From NCBI RefSeq assembly GCF_023585785.1, contig NZ_CP097765.1:750001-782000 (forward strand): a stretch of DNA of 32,000 nt. Reading direction: 5' to 3'. Positions 24,635 to 32,000 of this stretch are shown here, piece by piece. The notes beneath the pieces were generated by a model that saw only the letters and a program-made list of their open reading frames with translations, was not told where the DNA came from and did not search any database. The translations under genes were made by a program, and so were the position numbers. Source of the DNA: Blochmannia endosymbiont of Camponotus modoc. GTDB taxonomy: Bacteria > Pseudomonadota > Gammaproteobacteria > Enterobacterales > Enterobacteriaceae. Positions within the stretch are counted from its first letter, which is position 1. Each line of letters begins with the position of its first letter.

Positions 24635-25180
24635 ATGATGAAGTTAAAAAAGTTTTTTATAGATATTGGTTCTATATTACGTAGTATTTGGATGATAGGC
24701 ATGCAAGCATTTAGTAAACGTGAAACTCGGATGTATCCCGACGTTCCGTATATTCCATCACCTAGATATCGTGGTCGTATCGTATTGACTCGAGACTCTT
24801 CGGGTCGAGAACGTTGTGTAGCTTGTAATTTATGCGCTGTAGCTTGTCCAGTAGGGTGTATTTCTTTGAAAAAAGGAGAATCTACAGATGGTCGGTGGTA
24901 TCCAAAATTTTTTAGAATCAATTTTTCTAGATGTATTTTTTGTGGTATGTGTGAAGAGGCATGTCCAACAGCAGCTATTCAATTAACTCCAGATTTTGAA
25001 ATGAGTGACTTTAAAAGACATGATTTAGTGTATGAAAAGTCTGATTTATTAATATCGGGTCCTGGAAAATATTTAGAGTATGATTTTTATCGATTTTCTG
25101 GTAAGGAAATATTAGATAAAAAAAAGGGGGACGCGATAAAAGAATCAAAGCCTATAAATGTTAAAAACATATTACCTTAA
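24635..25180 (+). CDS. nuoI: NADH-quinone oxidoreductase subunit I
   Basis: [15 protein letters not shown] and [15 protein letters not shown] 4Fe-4S motifs; C-terminus [10 protein letters not shown]. Confidence 0.97.
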   Translation: MMKLKKFFIDIGSILRSIWMIGMQAFSKRETRMYPDVPYIPSPRYRGRIVLTRDSSGRERCVACNLCAVACPVGCISLKKGESTDGRWYPKFFRINFSRCIFCGMCEEACPTAAIQLTPDFEMSDFKRHDLVYEKSDLLISGPGKYLEYDFYRFSGKEILDKKKGDAIKESKPINVKNILP

Positions 25181-25213
25181 TTTTAAAGTGATGGTTAATG
25201 AGAGGAGTGTGGC

Positions 25214-25744
25214 ATGATGGCTCTATTTTATATTTCTGGAATTATAGCAATATTGTCTACGATATGTGTAATACTGCATTATAATCCAATGCGTGCTTTA
25301 TTATACTTAATAGTTTCATTTTTATCTATATCATGCAATTTTTTTTCTGTAGGAGCATCTTTTGCTGCTGCCTTGGAAATTATTGTTTATGCCGGAGCTA
25401 TCATGATTTTATTCGTATTTGCGATAATGATGCTTAATACAAAAAATATTATATTTGGTATACAAAAAGAAAGTAGATTTTTAAACCCCATATTATGTTG
25501 TGGTTCTGCGTTGTTGGTAGGTATTTTGTTTGCGATTTTACTGTACATATCCTTTGGGTTAAAAGATGATTTTATAAATGTAAACAACTCAATAATAGAT
25601 TCAAAACAAGTTAGTGTTGTATTATTTGGTCCATATATATTAATGGTAGAGCTAGCGTCATTTTTATTATTAGGTGCGTTGATTTCTGTGTTTCATTTGT
25701 CTCAAAATCATACATTATCTGATGATTGCATTGATTCTACTTAA
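25214..25744 (+). CDS. nuoJ: NADH-quinone oxidoreductase subunit J
   Basis: ALEIIVYAGAIMILFVFAIMMLN; position between nuoI and nuoK. Confidence 0.93.
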   Translation: MMALFYISGIIAILSTICVILHYNPMRALLYLIVSFLSISCNFFSVGASFAAALEIIVYAGAIMILFVFAIMMLNTKNIIFGIQKESRFLNPILCCGSALLVGILFAILLYISFGLKDDFINVNNSIIDSKQVSVVLFGPYILMVELASFLLLGALISVFHLSQNHTLSDDCIDST

Positions 25745-25761
25745 TTAAAAAAATATAAAAT

Positions 25762-26064
25762 ATGATTCCTTTATCGCATGCTTTTAGTTTATCTATAATT
25801 TTATTTATATTAGGTTTAATAGCTATAATAATAAGACGTGATTTGTTGTTTATATTATTAGGTTTAGAAATTATGATTAACGCTGCTGCTTCAGCATTTG
25901 TGATAGTAGGATCTTGTTTGGGGCAATCAGATGGTCAGGTTATGTATATTTTAGTAATTACTTTATCTGCTTCTGAATCTGCAGTTTCTTTAGCATTATT
26001 ACTTCAATTATATCGTCGTTATCATACATTGCACATTGATAATATTAGTGAGATGCGTGGATGA
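25762..26064 (+). CDS. nuoK: NADH-quinone oxidoreductase subunit K
   Basis: 100 aa; [16 protein letters not shown], ending SEMRG as in E. coli. Confidence 0.96.
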   Translation: MIPLSHAFSLSIILFILGLIAIIIRRDLLFILLGLEIMINAAASAFVIVGSCLGQSDGQVMYILVITLSASESAVSLALLLQLYRRYHTLHIDNISEMRG

Positions 26065-27947
26065 ATTTACTTTTTTTAACTATACTTTTCCCATTATTAG
26101 GATTTATTACGTTAGCTATTTCTCAAGGAAAATGGTCAGAAAAGACTTCTTCTATAATAGGAGTAGGTACGGTAGGTATATCAGTATTGGTTGCTATATA
26201 CATCATATTTAATTTTTATTGCAATTCCAGTAATGACATTAATTTTGTGTTTGTACAGGAACTTTGGACCTGGTTTACTATTGATACCTTATGTATTACT
26301 GTAGCACTTAGATTAGATGGGTTGTCCTTAATCATGTTATCAGTAATTATTGGTGTTGGATTTATCATTCATTTATATGCCGCTTGGTATATGAGTGGAT
26401 GTGAAGGATATTCTCGTTTTTTTGCTTACACTAATTTATTTATGGCAAATATGGTGCTTTTGGTGCTTTCAGATAATTTGTTATTGATGTACTTTGGATG
26501 GGAAGGCGTAGGACTGTGTAGTTATTTATTAATCGGATTTTACTATTCTGATTCTAGGAATGGAATAGCAGCTTTAAAAGCATTTATTATTACTCGTGTT
26601 GGAGACATATGTTTGGTATGTGCGTTATTCATGATTTATGATCAATATCATACCTTGAGTTTTAGTAAATTACTAACGTTGGAACTAAAATGTTCATCGT
26701 GTCATATTTTTAATGATATCACATGGGTATCTTTTATGTTACTTATTGGGGCAATAGGCAAATCAGCTCAGTTACCCTTACAAAATTGGTTAACTAGCGC
26801 TATGGCTGGTCCAACTCCAGTGTCGGCATTGATTCACGCAGCTACTATGGTCACTTCTGGTGTGTATTTAATAATTCGTATGAATAAATTTTTTTTAATG
26901 ACTCCAAATATTTTATACTTGACTGGTGTTATTGGTTCATTAACTGTGATTTTATTTAGTTGTTCCGCGTTATTTCAGAGCAATATTAAAAAGATTTTAG
27001 CATATTCTACTATAAGTCAAATAGGATACATGTTTTTAGCGCTCGGAGGTCGACATTGGGATGCAGCTATGTTTCATTTAGTAACACATTCTTTTTTTAA
27101 AGCGTTGTTGTTTTTATCTGCGGGTTCATTAATTTACGCTTGCAGATATGAACAAAATATTTTTAAGATGGGAGGGTTATATAAATTTATACCTTTAATT
27201 TATGTTTGTTTTTTAATAGGCGGAGCATCTTTATCTGGAGTACCTATAATTACTGCTGGAGTTTATTCAAAAGAAATGATCATGTTAAAAACATTAGCTA
27301 ATCATGATTATTTTTTCTTGTTATCTGGATTAATAGGAATGTTTTTAACACCTATTTATACGTTTCGAATGATTTTTGTTGTGTTTCATGGTGAAAAAAA
27401 AATAGAGCCATGTGTATGTAATAAAATCACTCAAAATTTACCATTAATCTTATTGTTATTGTTATCGACGTTTATTGGTGGATGGATAAAATTACCTTTG
27501 TTAACAGATACTATAATTACTAACGTTGGTGAAGTGTATAATTATAGTCAAATATATTTTGAAATAATATCGGGGCTTTTAGTAATGTTTGGTATTTGGT
27601 TGGCATCAATTTTTTGGATGGATTTTTTGCGTGGGATTACAAGACCGGTTATTAGACCTCGTGCAACAGAAGTAGTAGAACGATACATAGTATTGTTATG
27701 TTATTATGGATGGGGATTTGATTGGTTTTACAAATTGATATTTATAAAGCCATATTTATTTATAACAAAAAAATTGTCTTATTCTGATCCAGTTGATGTA
27801 ATAGTGAATGTTATCGTATCGTTATTATGTTGGATTAAGAATGGTTTGATATGTAGTGAAAATGGTAAACTCAGTTGGTACATAGTATCAATGAACATAG
27901 GGGCAATTATGATATTAATCATGATATTAATTTATGATCGTCTGTAA
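26061..27947 (+). CDS. nuoL: NADH-quinone oxidoreductase subunit L
   Basis: [65 protein letters not shown]; overlaps the nuoK stop by ATGA. Confidence 0.96.
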   Translation: MNLLFLTILFPLLGFITLAISQGKWSEKTSSIIGVGTVGISVLVAIYIIFNFYCNSSNDINFVFVQELWTWFTIDTLCITVALRLDGLSLIMLSVIIGVGFIIHLYAAWYMSGCEGYSRFFAYTNLFMANMVLLVLSDNLLLMYFGWEGVGLCSYLLIGFYYSDSRNGIAALKAFIITRVGDICLVCALFMIYDQYHTLSFSKLLTLELKCSSCHIFNDITWVSFMLLIGAIGKSAQLPLQNWLTSAMAGPTPVSALIHAATMVTSGVYLIIRMNKFFLMTPNILYLTGVIGSLTVILFSCSALFQSNIKKILAYSTISQIGYMFLALGGRHWDAAMFHLVTHSFFKALLFLSAGSLIYACRYEQNIFKMGGLYKFIPLIYVCFLIGGASLSGVPIITAGVYSKEMIMLKTLANHDYFFLLSGLIGMFLTPIYTFRMIFVVFHGEKKIEPCVCNKITQNLPLILLLLLSTFIGGWIKLPLLTDTIITNVGEVYNYSQIYFEIISGLLVMFGIWLASIFWMDFLRGITRPVIRPRATEVVERYIVLLCYYGWGFDWFYKLIFIKPYLFITKKLSYSDPVDVIVNVIVSLLCWIKNGLICSENGKLSWYIVSMNIGAIMILIMILIYDRL

Positions 27948-28029
27948 ATCAGTATAGTATTCTTGATTTATAATATGAGGAAATACAAATATTTAATGTA
28001 TATGTTTTAGAGAGAAAAACAAAAACAAT

Positions 28030-29571
28030 ATGTTATTAATTATCTTAATATTTATTCCTTTTGTTTTTGGACTGTTATGTTGGCAATCAGAACGTATTGG
28101 ATATTGGGTACCGCGTTGGGTTGCTTTATCTGGGATGAGCATAACATTCATTACTACTGTTTTTTTATGGCAGTATGAGTGCCATAATCTATTAAATGTG
28201 CATCCAACAGAACATGTGTTTCCTAAATGGCAATTAGAATACATATATCCTTGGATCCCAAGATTTGGAATTAGCGTGCATTTAGCGTTAGATGGATTTT
28301 CTTTGTTGATGGTAACATTAACTGGATTTTTAGGATGCATGGCAGTGTTATGTTCTTGGTGTGAGATTCAGCGTTATCACGGTCTTTTTTATCTTAATTT
28401 ATTGTGGATTTTAGGTGGAGTTATTGGTGTTTTTTTATCAATTGATATGCTTTTGTTCTTTTTTTTCTGGGAAATAATGCTTATTCCAATGTATTTTTTG
28501 ATATCTTTATGGGGACACAAAGAGGTTAATAGAAGCGGTCGTATTAATACTGCTATTAAATTTTTTGTTTATACTCAATTTAGCGGATTATTTATGTTAA
28601 TTTCTATTATTACTCTTGTTTCTATATATCATGATATACATGGTGTGTGGTCGTTTAATTATCAAGATTTATTGAATATGTTGCTGCCAGTGAATACGGA
28701 ATATTTAATTATGTTGGGGTTTTTTTTTGCTTTTGCAGTAAAAATGCCAATCGTTCCTTTTCATGTTTGGTTGCCTGATGTTCATAGCCAAGCTCCTACT
28801 GCTGGGTCAGTAGATTTAGCAGGAATTTTATTAAAAACAGCGGCTTATGGATTTTTCCGATTTGTTTTACCGTTATTTCCTTGTGCTTCAAAAGCTTTTG
28901 CCCCAATTGCTATGTGTTTGGGTCTGGTAAATATTTTTTATGGAGCTTTTATGGCATTCGCACAAACTGATGTTAAACGTTTAATTGCGTATACTAGTAT
29001 ATCTCATATGGGATTTGTATTGATCGCAATTTATAGTGGTACTCACTTATCATATCAGGGTGCTGTGATACAAATGATTTCTCATAGTTTATCTGTTTCT
29101 GGAATGTTTATAATTTGTGGTCAATTATACGAGCGAACACGTACTCGAGATATGCGTTTGATGGGAGGGTTATGGAGTCGCATGCATTTAATTCCTGCTT
29201 TTTCTTTATGTTTCGCAGTAGCAACACTTGGATTACCCGGTACTGGAAATTTTATAGGAGAAGTAACGATTTTGTTTGGTAATTTTCAATCAGCACCTAT
29301 AATTACAATAATAGCTTGTTTTGGGATAATATTATCATCAATTTATTCTCTTATTTTAATGCAACGTATATATTATGGTCCAATATTGGTTCCCAGAGTT
29401 ACTAAAAGCAGGTTATTAAGAAATATGACACTACGGGAAAAGAATATTATTATAACGTTGTTATTATGTATTTTTTTAATTGGTTTTTTTCCGCAATATA
29501 TTTTGAATGTTTCATATACGACAATGCACAATCTTTGTATTTTGTTAAAAGAATATAACTGTTCAATGTGA
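28030..29571 (+). CDS. nuoM: NADH-quinone oxidoreductase subunit M
   Basis: FFFFWEIMLIPMYFLISLWGHK, AFAVKMPIVPFHVWLPDVHSQAPTAGSVDLAGILLKTAAYG, GNFIGE. Confidence 0.96.
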   Translation: MLLIILIFIPFVFGLLCWQSERIGYWVPRWVALSGMSITFITTVFLWQYECHNLLNVHPTEHVFPKWQLEYIYPWIPRFGISVHLALDGFSLLMVTLTGFLGCMAVLCSWCEIQRYHGLFYLNLLWILGGVIGVFLSIDMLLFFFFWEIMLIPMYFLISLWGHKEVNRSGRINTAIKFFVYTQFSGLFMLISIITLVSIYHDIHGVWSFNYQDLLNMLLPVNTEYLIMLGFFFAFAVKMPIVPFHVWLPDVHSQAPTAGSVDLAGILLKTAAYGFFRFVLPLFPCASKAFAPIAMCLGLVNIFYGAFMAFAQTDVKRLIAYTSISHMGFVLIAIYSGTHLSYQGAVIQMISHSLSVSGMFIICGQLYERTRTRDMRLMGGLWSRMHLIPAFSLCFAVATLGLPGTGNFIGEVTILFGNFQSAPIITIIACFGIILSSIYSLILMQRIYYGPILVPRVTKSRLLRNMTLREKNIIITLLLCIFLIGFFPQYILNVSYTTMHNLCILLKEYNCSM

Positions 29572-29605
29572 TTACATTATAACGATAATAGGATCTTAAT
29601 TTATT

Positions 29606-31096
29606 ATGCTAATAACTTGGACACAAATAATTCTATTGCTGCCTGTATTAATTATTGGAATGACAACAGTCATTATTATGTTATCTATTGCATATCGTCG
29701 TAATTTATTTTTACATACCTCATTAACAATATTCGGATTTAGTTTAGCAATTATATCGATTGGATTGGTATGGGATCAAAGAGCTCAAAACGTTTTTCAA
29801 TTAATGTGTGTTGATGATTTTTCTATATTATACATAATATTGGTATTAGTTTCTGGTTTATCAAGCTCCGTATTGGCTTATAAATGGTTGTTAATTTATC
29901 CGAGTAATAATCGTGATGAGTTTTATTTATTATTACTTATTTCTAGTATTGGTGGTATTTTATTGGCAACTGCGAATCATTTAGTAATATTATTTTTAGG
30001 AATGGAACTGATTTCATTGCCGTTATTTGGGTTGATAGGTTATTCTTTTTTTAAAAAATTTTCTTTAGAAGCAAGTATTAAATATATTATATTATCTGGA
30101 GTATCTTCATCATTTATATTATTTGGTATAGCATTGATATATGCTGCAACTGGTTTTTTGTCTTTTACTAGTATTAATCAATTGTTACGTTTACATATTA
30201 TTGCGTCGAATCAATCTATACTTATGTCAACCATAGGACTAGGTATGATGATGGTTGGGTTCGGATTTAAATTGTCATTAGTTCCTTTTCATTTATGGAC
30301 TCCTGATGTATATCAAGGAGCGCCATCTTCAATATCATTGTATCTGACAACTAGCAGTAAAATAGCTGTAATATCTGTATTAATACGATTATTGATGGTG
30401 TTTCCTAATCAGTATAATAAGGTATTTTGTGTATTTTTATCAGGTATTGCATGTTGTTCAGCGTTATTTGGTAATTTAATGGCTATTAAACAAGATAATA
30501 TTAAGCGGGTTTTAGCTTATTCTTCAATTGCACATACAGGTTATGTTTTGATTGGTGTAATTGCGATACTACAGGTCAACCCCATTGCTTTGGAAACTAT
30601 TGGTATTTATCTTACAAGTTACGTGCTGACTAGTATTGGCGCATTTGGTATTATCAGTATAATGTCGTTTTTTTATGCCAATGAGGACACAGACGTAGAT
30701 TCTTTATTTGTATATCGTGGTCTTTTTTGGCATCAGCCAATGTTATCGGTATTATTTACGATTATTATATTGTCTCTAGCAGGTATACCTATGACATTAG
30801 GTTTCATTGGGAAATTTTATTTGTTTTTTTTGGGAATAGACAGTAAATTATGGTGGCTTACTATTTTTATATCAATGAGTAGTGTTATTAGTATATTTTA
30901 TTATTTAAGAGTTATAATAAATTTATATCTTAGTCCTACAAATCGTTTAAATATCAACTCTGATTCTTTATCTAGTTGGAGTGTTACTCCTGATGGGATA
31001 ATAGTGATTATAGTATCTTTTTCTATATTATTTTTAGGATTATACCCAAAGCCTTTGATTTATTTTGTGCATTTAATATACCCACCGGTAGTTTAA
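29606..31096 (+). CDS. nuoN: NADH-quinone oxidoreductase subunit N
   Basis: [58 protein letters not shown]. Confidence 0.96.
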   Translation: MLITWTQIILLLPVLIIGMTTVIIMLSIAYRRNLFLHTSLTIFGFSLAIISIGLVWDQRAQNVFQLMCVDDFSILYIILVLVSGLSSSVLAYKWLLIYPSNNRDEFYLLLLISSIGGILLATANHLVILFLGMELISLPLFGLIGYSFFKKFSLEASIKYIILSGVSSSFILFGIALIYAATGFLSFTSINQLLRLHIIASNQSILMSTIGLGMMMVGFGFKLSLVPFHLWTPDVYQGAPSSISLYLTTSSKIAVISVLIRLLMVFPNQYNKVFCVFLSGIACCSALFGNLMAIKQDNIKRVLAYSSIAHTGYVLIGVIAILQVNPIALETIGIYLTSYVLTSIGAFGIISIMSFFYANEDTDVDSLFVYRGLFWHQPMLSVLFTIIILSLAGIPMTLGFIGKFYLFFLGIDSKLWWLTIFISMSSVISIFYYLRVIINLYLSPTNRLNINSDSLSSWSVTPDGIIVIIVSFSILFLGLYPKPLIYFVHLIYPPVV

Positions 31097-31200
31097 TTGC
31101 AATCCAAATGTAATTGGACGATTTTGATTTATATTTTAAATTATTTAACGAATGATTTTATGAGTTTATGAATTTATAATAATGTCGTTTAAGACACATA

Positions 31201-31500
31201 TTACAGTAGTTTTAATATAATATGTTCTATAGGAACGCAGCAGCATATTAAAATTTCATTAGAACGAATAGAACCTAAAGGTTCTGTGTAATATTGTACT
31301 TTTCCTCTTATTAATAAGGCACGGCAACTTCCACAGTAACCCGATCGACATTGATAATTTAATGATGGTATATGATGCATTTCCAATGCTTCTAATAAGG
31401 AACGATATGTTCTGTTATTATGCACAAATTGTATATTTAAATATTTTTTTTGAAGAAAAAATATTTTACAATTGAAAATCATGAAATTCATTTTCGTCAA
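31201..31500 (-). CDS. yfaE: 2Fe-2S ferredoxin-like protein YfaE (NrdB cofactor maintenance); start uncertain
   Basis: [15 protein letters not shown]...ILICCC ferredoxin Cys pattern; directly downstream of nrdB. Possible ATGs at 31500, 31491, 31482, all overlapping the nrdB 3' end. Confidence 0.88.
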   Translation of the reverse strand: MTKMNFMIFNCKIFFLQKKYLNIQFVHNNRTYRSLLEALEMHHIPSLNYQCRSGYCGSCRALLIRGKVQYYTEPLGSIRSNEILICCCVPIEHIILKLL

Positions 31501-32000
31501 TATTAGGATCTATTTGACCTACTAGATAAGAACTGGCTTCTACTTCTTGTGGTGCCACTTGAACATTATCTGATGACAACCAAGAATTAATCCAGGGTAT
31601 CACATTAGATTTGGTGTTAAAGGGTGTTCCTAGCCCGATTGCTTGCATACGTATATTGGTAATATATTCAATGTATTGACAAAGTATATCTTTATTTAAA
31701 CCTATCATAGAGCCATCTTTAAATAAATAGTTAGCCCAATTTTTTTCTTGTTCTGCAGCCATTAAAAATAGCGCATAACTTTCTTTTTGGCATTCTGTAC
31801 TGATATCGGCCATTTCTGGATCATCTGACCCAGAGCGCATTAAGTTTAAAATATGTTGAGTAGCGTTTAAATGCAAAGCTTCGTCACGTGCTATAAGTCG
31901 TATAATTTTTGCATTACCTTCCATGAGTTTTCGTTCAGCAAATGCAAAAGAACAGGCGAAGCTGACATAAAAACGAATAGCTTCTAGCACGTTAACGCTA
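31466..32000 (-). CDS. nrdB: ribonucleotide reductase class Ia beta subunit, 3' part; 5' end outside the window
   Basis: [64 protein letters not shown], ending FQL. The frame stays open to the window edge, so the 31990 start in the track is an internal GTG. Confidence 0.96.
   Translation of the reverse strand, partial: SVNVLEAIRFYVSFACSFAFAERKLMEGNAKIIRLIARDEALHLNATQHILNLMRSGSDDPEMADISTECQKESYALFLMAAEQEKNWANYLFKDGSMIGLNKDILCQYIEYITNIRMQAIGLGTPFNTKSNVIPWINSWLSSDNVQVAPQEVEASSYLVGQIDPNIDENEFHDFQL

Noticed and set aside
24526-24921. 131-aa minus-strand ORF antisense to nuoH/nuoI
   Set aside because: Opposite strand of strongly supported nuoH and nuoI; no recognisable motif; typical shadow ORF.
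27993-28340. 115-aa minus-strand ORF antisense to the nuoM 5' end
   Set aside because: Lies over clearly coding NuoM; the translation shows no family signature.

Overview
This 32 kb window is AT-rich and gene-sparse at its junctions. It looks like a segment of a reduced gammaproteobacterial endosymbiont chromosome. The E. coli-like but heavily deleted gene order resembles Candidatus Blochmannia; that taxon call is inference, not a database result. Supported content in order: tRNA-Lys(TTT) and tRNA-Val(TAC) on the minus strand, gltX, tRNA-Ala(GGC), nupC(-), mntH, tRNA-Arg(CCT)(-), aroC(-), prmB(-), fabB, pdxB (TTG start), truA, accD, folC, a complete 13-gene nuoA-N operon with fused nuoCD, then yfaE(-) and the 3' part of nrdB(-). 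I see no transposase, phage, toxin-antitoxin, defense, CRISPR or secondary-metabolite gene, and I found no convincing novel multi-gene system. The points worth a second look are small-scale. They are: loss of a near-invariant glutamate in NuoH; changes in the NuoF FMN-loop motif; a D to N change in NuoL; several long perfect AT-rich inverted repeats in spacers; four tRNAs without encoded CCA; 8-nt poly(A) tracts inside or beside nuoA, nuoI, yfaE and fabB; a near-consensus promoter for the tRNA pair; and long spacers where E. coli neighbour genes are missing. Homology statements come from recalled E. coli sequences and family motifs and should be confirmed by alignment.
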